A DNA stretch of 64,000 nucleotides. It comes from a virus. Both the position numbers and the translations under genes were made by a program. The notes below the pieces were generated by a model. The model did no database searches and was not told the DNA's origin. It saw only the letters and a list, made by a program, of their open reading frames with translations. Positions within the stretch are counted from its first letter, which is position 1. The number at the start of each line of letters is the position of its first letter. Shown here piece after piece: positions 28,836 to 39,415 of the stretch. The DNA lies in IMG/VR virus record IMGVR_UViG_3300005805_000046, positions 32,001 to 96,000 of that record, one strand, 5' to 3'.

Positions 28836-31523
28836 TTACTTAATCAAACTACTCAACTGAATCTTGAACAAATCCACATTGTCTTGACTCATTTGACTAA
28901 ACCAATCTTTACCATTATTATTGTAATAACTATTTCGCTCATCAAGTTGATTGATCGGGTTCTTGTTAGTTTTGAGTTCTCGCAGGTTCCCGCTAACTTG
29001 GTGACTACCAAGAATATACTTTAGCATCGGGTTCTTGTCAACCTCCGCTTTAATATTTTCTCTAATCTCACTAATTTTTGGCAGAGTATACTTCTCGGAT
29101 ACTTCTGTCTTGATTATTTTGGCATACTCAATAGCCAGAGTAGCCTTATCCCCACCATATAGTCTGTTTTCGATAGTTTGTAACAGATAGTTGTACGCAA
29201 CATTACCATTACGAATCTGGTTACTATCAACGTCCTTAATACCAAGATCACTTAACAGTTTTGTCATATGGTTTAGGTAATCCGTTTCATTGAATCTAGT
29301 TATAGCAAACTTAGAATCATGAACAGTGTGAGCAAAGAACTCCAAAATCATGGTATTATCAACTGCTTCTGACAGTTTCTTGTTGCCAATAAACTTACCA
29401 TAGTCTAGTCCAAAAATATTTAGCATATGGAACATAAACTGCCTATCCACAGACCCATAGTTATAGTACCTATAGGAGTCAGACTTTTCTTGCTTTTCAT
29501 ACTCTCTCTTGGCATACTCAATAATAGCGTTGTACGAGGCAATATTTTTAAAATGCTTCTGTGCAACAACCTTGAGTTGACGCTTTAGAAACTCATTGAA
29601 ATTAGTAAGTGTATGACCATCGTTTTCAAGTTTAGCGACAAACGCACTCTTGATAGCATAGATCTTATTTTTTCCAATCAAGTCCTTCATTATATGCTTG
29701 ATATGATCGTCATGTAGTGCGAGAGAAATATCTGCGATCTCTGGAAAGCCAGCACCCTCTTGAGACTTATATCTCACCATAGGCACATAGATAATCTCAT
29801 CCGTTTCCAGAAAGTCATTCAACTGATCTTCCGACAGCATCTTAAGACACTGAGCATCATTATATGGATTACTAATGCTCTTGCTCTTTGCGTCTGCCCC
29901 ATAGATGAAGAATACATCTTGATCGCTGACACTACCCTTGCTATTTCTAGTGGATTGCTTTCTTGGGCCGGAATTTTGAGTAAGATGCTTATAGTCTGAG
30001 ACTTTAAGAATATTATCCTCACCCACATCCTTTCGCAACTTATCAAAACCTTCGTGACTTTGGGTATAATCCTTACTATCAAGCATCATATACGCAAAGC
30101 AATCGTTCTGATTACAATATCTTGTAATAATCTTTTTGGCTGTTTCTTCGCTCTTAACATCACAAACAAAGAAAGCCATGCTACCATTCTTCTTGGTGGA
30201 ATTCCAGTAAGAATATCCCTTGCCAGTCAAGGTTTCGTGATGAATCTTATCTGTGAGAGCAACAAGCCTACGAGAACGGTAGCCGCTGCTCTTATAGTTA
30301 AAGACATACAGACTCTTACCGGCTGGAATTTTATATTCAAGGTCATTGCCAGAATTAATCTGATGCTCCTTGCCGGTATCATCCTTCCAAGAAGCACCAA
30401 CGCCCCAACCGCCGGCCAATTCATTCATGGTATAATACAGACTAATGGCTTCCACCTTCGTCTTGGCGGCGGCGATCTTTTTGGAGAATTCCTCCTTCAT
30501 TTCCATATAGATATCTTGAGTCTTTTGACGCAGGGTTTTAATAACCTGTTTCGTATACTGCAAGCCTTCTCTGGAAACATCCATTTCCAATTCACCAATA
30601 CCAAAGTCTAGTTCAAGATATAGACCGGAGTGAATGATTTCTCCGATAAAACTCTTCCAACTATCAATATCTGCTTTTTGGAAAGCACGATTCCACTTCT
30701 GGATATGATCTGGAGTATCCTCTTTCTCTTGACCAACAATCTGTGCAGTATGCACGGGATATGCAATATTGCCCATGATAGCCACAACACCGCTATCAAT
30801 ACGATGATAATTATTAGGATAATACTGACTATCGTTATTAAGTCTACAGACTCTCCATCCAGTACCACTGATTACAATATTGGTATTACTATACTTATGG
30901 TCTTGGAGATTTGGTGCAACACCACCCTCAATAATAGGTTTCATTCGGAAATAATGAAAAATCCGCATAGCCTTGTTAGTAAACTCAGCAAAATCCTGCT
31001 GCTTAACAGCAAAACTAATTTCCAGACCGTTGGGCTCTGTTGTGTCAGAAGTATTAAAAAGATTTAGGGTAGGAACACCACTATCATCAATAGCGGCGAT
31101 ATACGTATACTTCTTTCCGTTAAAATAAGAGGCAGTAGTAAAACTTTTTGTATATGCAAACGGACTCTTAGACCCTAGACCCAAGCACCCCACAAAATCA
31201 TTGCTATCATTCTTATTTGAAGCACCGTAGGTGGTATACAGGTTCTCCATATCTCCCTGACTAAGACCAGTGCCATAGTCTCGCACCATAAATGTGGGAT
31301 TGGCAGCGGTAGGAAGAAATACCTTAAACGGATTTTTATTTCCGGCAGAAATATGGCTATCATAAGCATTGGTGGACAACTCACGAATAGCGGCCATTAC
31401 TTTGTCGGAATAGAGAGAATCCGACAAGATTTTAAACATTTTGCTAGTCTGAGCGATATTGAACTGATTGCGACTCTCAACCCCAACACTATGCGTTTCG
31501 ATAGTACGATCTGCCAACTTCAT
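28836..31523 (-). CDS. rIIA: rIIA-like protein with GHKL ATPase N-terminus
   Basis: LYSDK..A.IREL..NA.D, RDYG.G, GLGSKSPFAY and SREGLQY motifs. Confidence 0.9.
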   Translation of the reverse strand: MKLADRTIETHSVGVESRNQFNIAQTSKMFKILSDSLYSDKVMAAIRELSTNAYDSHISAGNKNPFKVFLPTAANPTFMVRDYGTGLSQGDMENLYTTYGASNKNDSNDFVGCLGLGSKSPFAYTKSFTTASYFNGKKYTYIAAIDDSGVPTLNLFNTSDTTEPNGLEISFAVKQQDFAEFTNKAMRIFHYFRMKPIIEGGVAPNLQDHKYSNTNIVISGTGWRVCRLNNDSQYYPNNYHRIDSGVVAIMGNIAYPVHTAQIVGQEKEDTPDHIQKWNRAFQKADIDSWKSFIGEIIHSGLYLELDFGIGELEMDVSREGLQYTKQVIKTLRQKTQDIYMEMKEEFSKKIAAAKTKVEAISLYYTMNELAGGWGVGASWKDDTGKEHQINSGNDLEYKIPAGKSLYVFNYKSSGYRSRRLVALTDKIHHETLTGKGYSYWNSTKKNGSMAFFVCDVKSEETAKKIITRYCNQNDCFAYMMLDSKDYTQSHEGFDKLRKDVGEDNILKVSDYKHLTQNSGPRKQSTRNSKGSVSDQDVFFIYGADAKSKSISNPYNDAQCLKMLSEDQLNDFLETDEIIYVPMVRYKSQEGAGFPEIADISLALHDDHIKHIMKDLIGKNKIYAIKSAFVAKLENDGHTLTNFNEFLKRQLKVVAQKHFKNIASYNAIIEYAKREYEKQEKSDSYRYYNYGSVDRQFMFHMLNIFGLDYGKFIGNKKLSEAVDNTMILEFFAHTVHDSKFAITRFNETDYLNHMTKLLSDLGIKDVDSNQIRNGNVAYNYLLQTIENRLYGGDKATLAIEYAKIIKTEVSEKYTLPKISEIRENIKAEVDKNPMLKYILGSHQVSGNLRELKTNKNPINQLDERNSYYNNNGKDWFSQMSQDNVDLFKIQLSSLIK

Positions 31524-31564
31524 CTTTGTTCTCCAAAATTGTTATCGTTTCCTGTGATGCTCCA

Positions 31565-31593
31565 AGTATACCATCGGCAAGTCGGATTGTCAA
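31565..31593 (-). promoter_or_regulatory. sigma70-type promoter for rIIA with GCCGAT spacer box
   Basis: TTGACA-N17-TATACT. Confidence 0.8.
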
Positions 31594-31849
31594 CCTTTAG
31601 TTGTTGTTGCGTGTAAAGTTTTTTCCTATGCGATTGTTGATAGACAAAACACCAAGTAAAAGAGACACAATTCCCACATATCTTATTCCTGGTATGGGTA
31701 GATAAAAAAACCATAATCCTGCGAATATGGTTACACCAGATATGAGGACAACGAACCATGTTGGCACATAATAAATTCCACTTATAACGAAACATAGTGG
31801 ACCTGAGACCAATATAGCCAAAACAATAATAGATGCTAATAAGGCTAAG

Positions 31850-32176
31850 CTAATCATTATCTAGATCTTCGTCTTCAAGAGATTCTCTCCAATCTTCATT
31901 GTCTGGAATCCAGCCCTCGTTGGATTCGTAATCTTCTTCATGTTCATCTAGTTCTCCTATCTCAACACTTTCTTCAATAAAAAGAGTAAGTGTCATCATC
32001 ATTTCTACTACTGTGTCTAGTTTAGCAATGATCGTGTTGATCTGTTTCTTGATATCCTCGACATCTTTATTTAGTAACACTATATTTTTTAGTGTATTGT
32101 CTTCTAATTTATATATCTCTTGATTATTTTTGTTTACATTTTTTAGGATATCATTAATTTCTTTTGACACACCCAT
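31850..32176 (-). CDS. hypothetical coiled-coil acidic protein
   Basis: Co-oriented ORF with GGAG RBS. Confidence 0.65.
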   Translation of the reverse strand: MGVSKEINDILKNVNKNNQEIYKLEDNTLKNIVLLNKDVEDIKKQINTIIAKLDTVVEMMMTLTLFIEESVEIGELDEHEEDYESNEGWIPDNEDWRESLEDEDLDND

Positions 32177-32180
32177 CTCC

Positions 32181-32492
32181 TTAATTTAATCGTTTGTATT
32201 CTTTAATATCTCCATTGGTACAGATCTTCTTATCTTCATAGGACGATGCAACTCTACGATAAAACTCTTGTTTAATATTTTCTAATACACCAGTTGCCAT
32301 AGCAATTTTAGTATAAGAAACATCGCCCATTACTGAGGCTATAACCCGCGAAAAGCAATAGTTAATACGTCCCAAAAAATTACTAAAATTATTCGGATCA
32401 ACCAGTGCTGTTTTGTGGTCTTTTATTGCTTTCGCCATAATTTCTATGGCTTCATCTAGTTCCACTCTTTCTTCTTCATTAATATATGGCAT
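32181..32492 (-). CDS. hypothetical phage protein (MPYI family)
   Basis: MPYI...G.INY...GVLE..KQEFYRRV...YED.K...NGD pattern. Confidence 0.75.
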   Translation of the reverse strand: MPYINEEERVELDEAIEIMAKAIKDHKTALVDPNNFSNFLGRINYCFSRVIASVMGDVSYTKIAMATGVLENIKQEFYRRVASSYEDKKICTNGDIKEYKRLN

Positions 32493-32493
32493 T

Positions 32494-33027
32494 TTAGTCC
32501 TCGCTACATCTGCATTGATATTTATTACAATAACTACATTTTGGCCCAGGAGAACCCATCCCCCAAGCATCGGAATAGCCACTAAAACTTTCTGATCCCG
32601 TATCAATACATACTAGTTTATTTGAACCATTCCTGCAAACCCATCCAGTATTATAATAATGACAGTCCCAAAATTTTAGTTTAGCGACCCGGTAAATAGA
32701 ATCAACAAGCGTCTGAATTTTCCTTAATATGTTATATTTTTCTTTTTTTGTACTGTACGATGGAGAGGCTGCTGATTCTGTTATATATCCCCAATTACTG
32801 CGGCCAATAACTAAATTATCCGATACAAAATCTAATCTGCATAAGTCTGAGTAAACCATCGGAGCAAGATCAAATTGGGCTAATTTATGCTGAATACACA
32901 TAGCATATTCCGCTTTATTTCTCTTAGAAAATTCTTTGAATAAAATTTCGGGATGTTTTTCAATGGAATAGACTTGGCAGCACCCTCCCTCCTGAAATAT
33001 GTCTTTGCTATTGATTAGATATTGCAT
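32494..33027 (-). CDS. protein-kinase-like protein
   Basis: GG...VY, LFKEF, LAP.VY, DCH..N.G and IDTG motifs; C-terminal Cys cluster. Confidence 0.65.
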   Translation of the reverse strand: MQYLINSKDIFQEGGCCQVYSIEKHPEILFKEFSKRNKAEYAMCIQHKLAQFDLAPMVYSDLCRLDFVSDNLVIGRSNWGYITESAASPSYSTKKEKYNILRKIQTLVDSIYRVAKLKFWDCHYYNTGWVCRNGSNKLVCIDTGSESFSGYSDAWGMGSPGPKCSYCNKYQCRCSED

Positions 33028-33031
33028 ACGT

Positions 33032-33343
33032 TTAATAGGAGACGATATCTACCGATGAACCAGTTATATCGTATAAGAAATTCTTGGCATCATCAATACT
33101 AAAAAAATCTGCTATAAATTTTCGTGATTTGGGACAAGATTCTTTATAAACTCCAAAGACTCTATAAAAAGGGTCATCATAAGCATTAAGAGAGTCTAAA
33201 AACTCTGCCGCAGTATTAATTTCGTCAATATATGTACCACCATTGTAATCGCTGTATTCTCTCATTGTTACTATTTCAAAATGAGAAAATTTAGACAGCG
33301 GGTTATTCGTTGGTACTATTGCTCGACATAGCCTGTTGGACAT
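33032..33343 (-). CDS. hypothetical protein
   Basis: Likely start MSNRLC with AGGA RBS. Confidence 0.55.
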   Translation of the reverse strand: MSNRLCRAIVPTNNPLSKFSHFEIVTMREYSDYNGGTYIDEINTAAEFLDSLNAYDDPFYRVFGVYKESCPKSRKFIADFFSIDDAKNFLYDITGSSVDIVSY

Positions 33344-33836
33344 TTTCTTTTCTTGCATATAATGCAACCACATTGGAGTTCGGATTATCTGATGAACATA
33401 ATGAGTGATTTGATAATTCGTATAAATCGCCATTGCTATTCATTCTAGCCCATGCAATCGGATAAGCAAGTGCATCATCCACCTGATTCTTATCACGCAG
33501 TTTTTTTAGTTCGTCTTTAGCGTTGTTTACGATGAACCTAGCAGCACCATTGGCCCAAGCAAATTCGATTAGATACTCTATTGGGTTGGCGTGTTGTTCC
33601 ATTTTAGACAAATCCTATTCTTGTTTTTTCAGCAATGGTTACTTCTATCTCATTAGCAGAAAATAATTGAGTTGTATAGGAGCGACTATTCCACCAACCA
33701 CATTCATAACTGACATGGTTTTCTCCCCTAATATTAATTCCAACTATTGTTCCAAAAACATCTTCGGCCAACTTCACCTTACTGCCAATCTTATATAGTT
33801 CTATATTGTTCTTACTCATATATCTCCTTTTGATAT

Positions 33837-34142
33837 TTAGCGATACCTAACACAAGCATACCATCCATTCGGACCTTTTGCAACTCCGATCTCTACAGGA
33901 GTCTTTTGTCCCCAATAACAACAATTCCTAATAGCATGATCCGCACTTACAGTAGAAAATCCTACTCCTTCATAACCACTATTTCCACCACAATGACCCA
34001 TATATCCTCGTTTAGCCTGAATATTCGCTACTCCTTGTGCTGACGATGTTGTATAAGTATATGTTTTATGTGTTGTGTTATTTTGTCCATAAGACATTTC
34101 TGAACAGAACAACGCCAAAGCAATCAGTAATACCTTCTTCAT
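33837..34142 (-). CDS. secreted small protein, CAP/SCP-like C-terminus
   Basis: Signal peptide; H.GG...EGVG and GVA.G.NGWYAC motifs. Confidence 0.6.
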   Translation of the reverse strand: MKKVLLIALALFCSEMSYGQNNTTHKTYTYTTSSAQGVANIQAKRGYMGHCGGNSGYEGVGFSTVSADHAIRNCCYWGQKTPVEIGVAKGPNGWYACVRYR

Positions 34143-34232
34143 AGTTCCTCCTTGAAAAATAAATAAGAGAGAAAAAGACCCCCGAAAGTGTGCATTATTA
34201 AGAGGCATCGGGGGTTTCCTTTTCATTATAAA

Positions 34233-34451
34233 TTAACGAACAACTGTAACCGTTCGACTACGGCAAACACCATTAGCACAGCCAGAAACAATTCTCTTTG
34301 GCAGAACTACAGTCTCACGAACAACACTCTTTGTAACAGTCACAACTTTTCGTCCGCGAGCAACCGCACAATTACCAGACTGGCAATCACCAGCAAAAGA
34401 TACCGACGATAGCGAAAAAGCAATAACTAGAAACAAAACAACATTCTTCAT
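34233..34451 (-). CDS. secreted small Cys/Val/Arg-rich peptide
   Basis: Signal peptide followed by CQSGNC and CANGVC. Confidence 0.65.
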   Translation of the reverse strand: MKNVVLFLVIAFSLSSVSFAGDCQSGNCAVARGRKVVTVTKSVVRETVVLPKRIVSGCANGVCRSRTVTVVR

Positions 34452-34577
34452 AATAATAAATCTCCTTGGTGTTTAAAAATAAAAGGTCAAATCCGTTCGA
34501 CATTTACTAGATTATAGCGATCTATGTTTGGTTGTCAATCGTCAAATCTTGTAAATTTCAAATAAGTTGGTGTATAA

Positions 34578-34660
34578 TCTCACGGGAGGGAGTCGAACCC
34601 TCATGACTAAAAGTCGAGGCATTTTAAGTGCCTTGCGTATACCAATTTCGCCACCGTGAG
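34578..34660 (-). tRNA. tRNA-Leu(TAA)
   Basis: CTCACGG/CCGTGAG acceptor stem, AGGCA-CT-TAA-AA-TGCCT anticodon arm, long variable arm, GGTTCGAC T-loop. Confidence 0.93.
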
Positions 34661-34666
34661 GTATGT

Positions 34667-35110
34667 ATGGGTTCTAAAAGAAAGTGTTCCTGTTGTCAAG
34701 TAAGCCAAAATGAGTCATGTTTTGCTTTTAAGAACAAAAAATTAAATAAATTACAAAATAAATGTAAACAATGTCAATCAAAATATCATAAAAAATATTA
34801 TGAACTCAATAAAGATATTTATTGTGATAGAGCGAGAACCAACAACCCTAAATATAAAAGAAGAAATCAAGATTTTATTAATGAATATAAAGCAAACAAA
34901 GGGTGCGAATTCTGTTCAGAAAATACTCCAATCTGTCTGGACTTTCACCATACTAATCCAAAAATTAAAGATTGGAATATTTCTGTTATGTCTAGAGGTG
35001 CTAATTCGATACAAACTATTCAAGAAGAAATTAATAAATGTATTGTAATTTGTTCTAATTGTCATAGAAAACTTCATGCTGGATTAATTAATAAAACCAA
35101 AACACACTGA
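34667..35110 (+). CDS. free-standing HNH (homing-type) endonuclease
   Basis: C..C zinc ribbons, LDFHH and EEINKC.V.C.NCHRKLH; the only convincing plus-strand gene. Confidence 0.85.
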   Translation: MGSKRKCSCCQVSQNESCFAFKNKKLNKLQNKCKQCQSKYHKKYYELNKDIYCDRARTNNPKYKRRNQDFINEYKANKGCEFCSENTPICLDFHHTNPKIKDWNISVMSRGANSIQTIQEEINKCIVICSNCHRKLHAGLINKTKTH

Positions 35111-35177
35111 CTACACAAACAATTGATTTGAGGTTGACTATAACTTGTGCCTCTCGTTTAGTCTGTGTAGCCAGCGC
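35103..35177 (-). ncRNA. structured hairpin RNA or terminator element
   Basis: 17-bp closing stem GCGCTGGCTACACAGAC/GTTTGTGTAGTCAGTGT whose four G-U pairs form only on the minus strand. Confidence 0.5.
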
Positions 35178-35191
35178 ATCTTGGGTTTTAA

Positions 35192-35473
35192 TCAACCGTT
35201 GGCATGAGCCTTGAGACGAGCCACGATCTGAGCCATCTGCTCAACATTGTCAATCGTCTTGACAGGCTTCGCTCTCTCCATAGTGGGCAACTCAATACCC
35301 TTGGCCTTGAGAGCCTCCTTGGTGCGAGCAAAACGAGCCATTGTACTAGCGACCTTTTGGCCGGTCTTACTAGCAATCTCAGCATAAGTCTTACTAGAAA
35401 AAACAGCCTCAAGAAACTGCTCGTCCGAACAACGAACACGCTTCTGCTTCTCAATCGTACTAATTTCAGCCAT
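35192..35473 (-). CDS. small HTH DNA-binding protein
   Basis: TYAEIASKTGQKVAST helix-turn-helix pattern; GGAGG RBS; own promoter at 35553-35581. Confidence 0.6.
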   Translation of the reverse strand: MAEISTIEKQKRVRCSDEQFLEAVFSSKTYAEIASKTGQKVASTMARFARTKEALKAKGIELPTMERAKPVKTIDNVEQMAQIVARLKAHANG

Positions 35474-35640
35474 AATCAACCTCCAAATCTTAATCCAAAT
35501 TCACTCAGCAAGATTCGATCACGCGACCGATTAACTCCTGCTTTGTCCTTTCATTGTACAACAGTGTATCGTCACTGTCAATCCTCGTCCTTGAAAAATT
35601 TTTGCACTCCAACCAGTTTTTCAGAAAAGTAGATTCTGGA

Positions 35641-36039
35641 CTAGTTGGACTTTCTTCGCAACCACCTAGAATAGTCTTCTGTTTTATATCCTACTTTTCT
35701 TGATATCTCATTATTACTTGTTTGGTCTATAATTAGAGAGGTTGGTAGACTTTTTATTCCCATTTTTTTCTTAAGTTCTGGATTGGCCTCTATGTCTATG
35801 GTACAGACTATGTACCTGTCTGTCTCTTGTAGATTAGGCATATCTTTTTTAAGTTGCTGACAATATCCGCACCAATCAGCACTAAATATCAAAAGTATTG
35901 GCATATCGGTTTCTTTTGCCAAAACCCTTGCTGTTTCATAGTCATTCTTAATAAGATATGAAGTTGCAGAGACTTGTGCGTTTGCTAGACTAGAAACAAA
36001 ACAACAAACCAAAGCAACAACTAGTGACAGTTTTTTCAT
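35641..36039 (-). CDS. thioredoxin-family protein with signal peptide
   Basis: WCGYC active site and cis-Pro motif SLPT. Confidence 0.85.
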   Translation of the reverse strand: MKKLSLVVALVCCFVSSLANAQVSATSYLIKNDYETARVLAKETDMPILLIFSADWCGYCQQLKKDMPNLQETDRYIVCTIDIEANPELKKKMGIKSLPTSLIIDQTSNNEISRKVGYKTEDYSRWLRRKSN

Positions 36040-36886
36040 GGCTTATCTCACTAGACACAAATAGCGCCTTGAGTGCTAATATTCTCTTCTTTGTCTACAG
36101 ACATTAAACTGTCAAGAATATCTTTTAGGGTTTTATTTTCTTCTTGTAGTATTTGAATAATTTTATCGGCATCAGATAGTGCTGAACTTAAAATTTTGAC
36201 TTTTTTAGCCAACTCATCGCCTACGTAATTATTCATGCTCATGATAAACTCCTTTTAGTAGGAATATACTACATATAATTAAATACACTATTTAATATCA
36301 ATTTCGACCAGAAATCGCTTTAGTTCTTTCAACTGGGAGTATGTTAAAACCAATTGATCCGAATATGGTTTTGAGTGTACCAAAACCTGCCAGATATATC
36401 TTAGTTTTTGCCATAATGACAGGCTTCTGGAGTATGGTAAGTAATAAATAGATAAATCCGCTATCTTATGTTCATGATCATACTCTATGTATAAAACCTC
36501 ACTCTTGCAATCGCATGGCACAAATACAGAGGTTGTTTTATCTTTATTGTATTTTGTTATACAGCCCATGTTGATGCTATTCTCCCTGATCTTCCTTAAT
36601 CTCAGTAAATTCCTGTGGGCTTAATAGGTATGTGATCTGAGAAGATTCTCCCCAAATCTCATAGAGTTGAGAGTTTAGTCTTCTAGTAATATATCCATAT
36701 TCTGTTATAGGATGATTATTGCCGTCATTAGTATTAATTAGAACCCTTACTCCTGTTGGCATTTTTTTGTTCCCCTTTTTTAAAGATTCTATCGTAGTTA
36801 TCTGCCCACGTTTTTTGATCTACGCTTTTGGGTCTGCGTTTTGATCCTTTTCCGTTTTGGCTCATTTCTAATTCTCCCAATTCTTA

Positions 36887-37597
36887 TTATAAGGTCTCAG
36901 GCTCTTCCTCAAAGACATAAGACCAATAACGAGAATCAGTCTTATTCTGTTTTGCGTCCCAAAAAATTGATCTAGCGATATAAGCGGGAACACCTATTTT
37001 GCCACAATTAACACTCCAGTGTCTTTCCATCTTCTTATACAGTTCAAGTCCTTTTTTAGATTGGTATGTCAATGTTTTCATACCATACAATTCAAGCATA
37101 TGCGTATCGCCACAAAATACTCTACACTCATTAGGATGAGACTGTTCAAGGGCAAAAGATACCTTGGCAGTACCTAATCCAGATATATTATTTACGATTT
37201 GATCTCTCTTTTTGACATGATACTTCTTAGTAGTCAAATAAAAATCTTTAGGATTGGCCCAAAACTTATCTTTAAAATCCCAAATAAACTTTGTACGATT
37301 ATTATACAAGCCGCAGCCGCTATTTTTAATTTTTTCTCTCAACAGTTCTTTATCGTCCAGCCATTCGCTAAAATTTTTGATTGCATTATATCCTGCTACA
37401 TTAGATTTCCAAGTAGTATGAACGCTCATATAGGCAAAGAGGTAGCGACGAAAAATCTCATCATTATTATTTGGTCGAATACTTTCCCAATAGTCTTTAT
37501 AGGATACGACCTTATCCTTCGGGAAGTTCTTAAAAAACTCATCGGCCTTTGAGGTACTCATAACAACAGGCTTTTTCTCAATAACTGCTTCGCTCAT
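36887..37597 (-). CDS. HhH-GPD-superfamily DNA glycosylase-like protein
   Basis: GLYNNR, ISGLGTAKVSF (HhH with Lys) and DTH (Asp) motifs. Confidence 0.65.
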   Translation of the reverse strand: MSEAVIEKKPVVMSTSKADEFFKNFPKDKVVSYKDYWESIRPNNNDEIFRRYLFAYMSVHTTWKSNVAGYNAIKNFSEWLDDKELLREKIKNSGCGLYNNRTKFIWDFKDKFWANPKDFYLTTKKYHVKKRDQIVNNISGLGTAKVSFALEQSHPNECRVFCGDTHMLELYGMKTLTYQSKKGLELYKKMERHWSVNCGKIGVPAYIARSIFWDAKQNKTDSRYWSYVFEEEPETL

Positions 37598-37673
37598 GTT
37601 TGCTCCAGTTTGTGTTCCAAAGTGTATGCTACGATTCTATGCTAATGGTATCGGTTTGTCAAGACCCGTTTCT

Positions 37674-38984
37674 TTAAACGGTTCTAGCCGATCCATGCAA
37701 AAACTTAAAAGTGGGAAAGCGTAGGCTCAAGCCTCCATCTTGGTTTTCGCTCTCACTAAAGTACTGTACAGTTATAATTTTACCAAGAATCTTTTTTGGA
37801 TGATTATAAAAGTCCTGTCTTTGTTCTATACTAAAGCCGCTTCCAACCCGAACATTATAACCTTTATGTTTAATAGTTACACAACTAAGCATAGTTTCTT
37901 CTGTTTCTTGGCCGTCTTTAACATAACGAAATGGCCCCATTTCAACATCGACTACTTCATATTCGTCATCATTGAAACTTTTAAACTTGAGAAGGTCTTT
38001 AGATCGCTTACCCTTATACGGTTCGTCTGCCCTCAACATCAGTCCCTCCCAAGAATAATCTTTAGATCTTTTAGTCCACTCAGCAAAATGGTCATCGTCT
38101 TTAATTAGTTCTTGACCAAGCACACTAAGGCAAGTACAGGTATTTTCTCTCATAACTTCTCTTAGATTATTATAGCGATAGGTATAAGTCTTATTCTTAT
38201 CTCCCTTTTTGTTATAAAATTCATCATGAGAGATCATATCAAAAATTTTATAAGATGGATTAGGAATGGTATGATCCTTCTTCTTGAGTTGCTTCATAAC
38301 TCCTTGGAAATCTTCATTACCCTCATCATCCACCAAGCACAACTCCCCATCAAAAACAACATCAGTAATACCAAGAGCCTTAATACCACCGGCCACAACA
38401 TCAAGTGTATCGAATGTTTTTCCGGTACGAGAAAAGAAAGAGGCATTACCTTCTGAGTCAACAATAGCAATACATCTAGCACCGTCAATTTTGCGACTAA
38501 CATACCAATTGTCTTTCCAATCTACAAGTTTAGGCTCATACTTATCCGCCAGAGCAACACTAAACTCTGGAATATGGTCAGGAATAGCCTTGTTGATAAT
38601 CTTGTCACCAGCACGGGTTTTCAAATCCTTATCAATGATGCAGTAAATGAGTTCTTCGTGGTCGGGGTGAAAGTCGATAAAACTATTTACTGCCCCAATA
38701 GCATCGTGACCAGTAATTTTGCGACTCTTTAGGTTATCCAAAAGATCAAAGAAATTCTTATACTGTTTTCCACGAAGTTTAGATTTCTTCTTGAGATTAT
38801 CGCTGGTTACATTATACTGCCACAAAGGATGATAGGTATATTTCAAAATTTGTTTAGTAAAAGTAGCAGCAGCAGAATTATGGTTGCAATAGTCCTCAAT
38901 GATGCCCTGCTTATCGGTAGTGCTACTGGTAGCCCTAAGATCACGCACCATACCCCAAACATAATTAAAATCGTGAACCATCAA
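37674..38984 (-). CDS. lig: ATP-dependent DNA ligase
   Basis: KIDGAR, FDGEL, EGLML, KRS..LLK.K, VGSGF and LRFP motifs. Confidence 0.95.
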   Translation of the reverse strand: MMVHDFNYVWGMVRDLRATSSTTDKQGIIEDYCNHNSAAATFTKQILKYTYHPLWQYNVTSDNLKKKSKLRGKQYKNFFDLLDNLKSRKITGHDAIGAVNSFIDFHPDHEELIYCIIDKDLKTRAGDKIINKAIPDHIPEFSVALADKYEPKLVDWKDNWYVSRKIDGARCIAIVDSEGNASFFSRTGKTFDTLDVVAGGIKALGITDVVFDGELCLVDDEGNEDFQGVMKQLKKKDHTIPNPSYKIFDMISHDEFYNKKGDKNKTYTYRYNNLREVMRENTCTCLSVLGQELIKDDDHFAEWTKRSKDYSWEGLMLRADEPYKGKRSKDLLKFKSFNDDEYEVVDVEMGPFRYVKDGQETEETMLSCVTIKHKGYNVRVGSGFSIEQRQDFYNHPKKILGKIITVQYFSESENQDGGLSLRFPTFKFLHGSARTV

Positions 38985-39045
38985 ATTAGTCTCCTGTGTT
39001 CACAGTATCTTACCATACTAGTATCGACCTGTCAATAGAGCATCT

Positions 39046-39387
39046 TTAGGTTTTGGGTCTTGAAAGAAAATAGTTCATAGCATTAACTATTCCCCGCAAA
39101 TCATCACCAAGTTTACCTATTCCGGTATTACATTTATCACAAATCCACCCACGGAAAGTATCGTCTTTGTGATCGTGGTCTAATACCCATTTTATTGGAG
39201 TCTGTTTACAGCACTCACAAGTCTCTGGTCTTGGTGGAGCCTCTTTATGTAATCTACCCCTAATTTTGGAATGTTTTTTAACGCACTTTTTACATCTGCT
39301 GTCCAACTTATCTTTGTACATACTGTGTTTTGAAAAACTTTTCCGATTTTTCCTTTCTCCACAATATGAACAAATTTTTCTTGGCAT
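39046..39387 (-). CDS. endonuclease VII-like (His-Me) nuclease
   Basis: C..C, LDHDH...RGWIC..CN..IG motifs. Confidence 0.85.
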   Translation of the reverse strand: MPRKICSYCGERKNRKSFSKHSMYKDKLDSRCKKCVKKHSKIRGRLHKEAPPRPETCECCKQTPIKWVLDHDHKDDTFRGWICDKCNTGIGKLGDDLRGIVNAMNYFLSRPKT

Positions 39388-39415
39388 CGGAACTTATTTC
39401 TTTTTAGGTTTGTCA

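Noticed and set aside
34628-34666. Annotated N-terminal extension of the HNH ORF, and ORF extensions over tRNAs such as 60428-60484
   Set aside because: They overlap tRNA genes; downstream ATG starts at 34667 and 60427 are more plausible.
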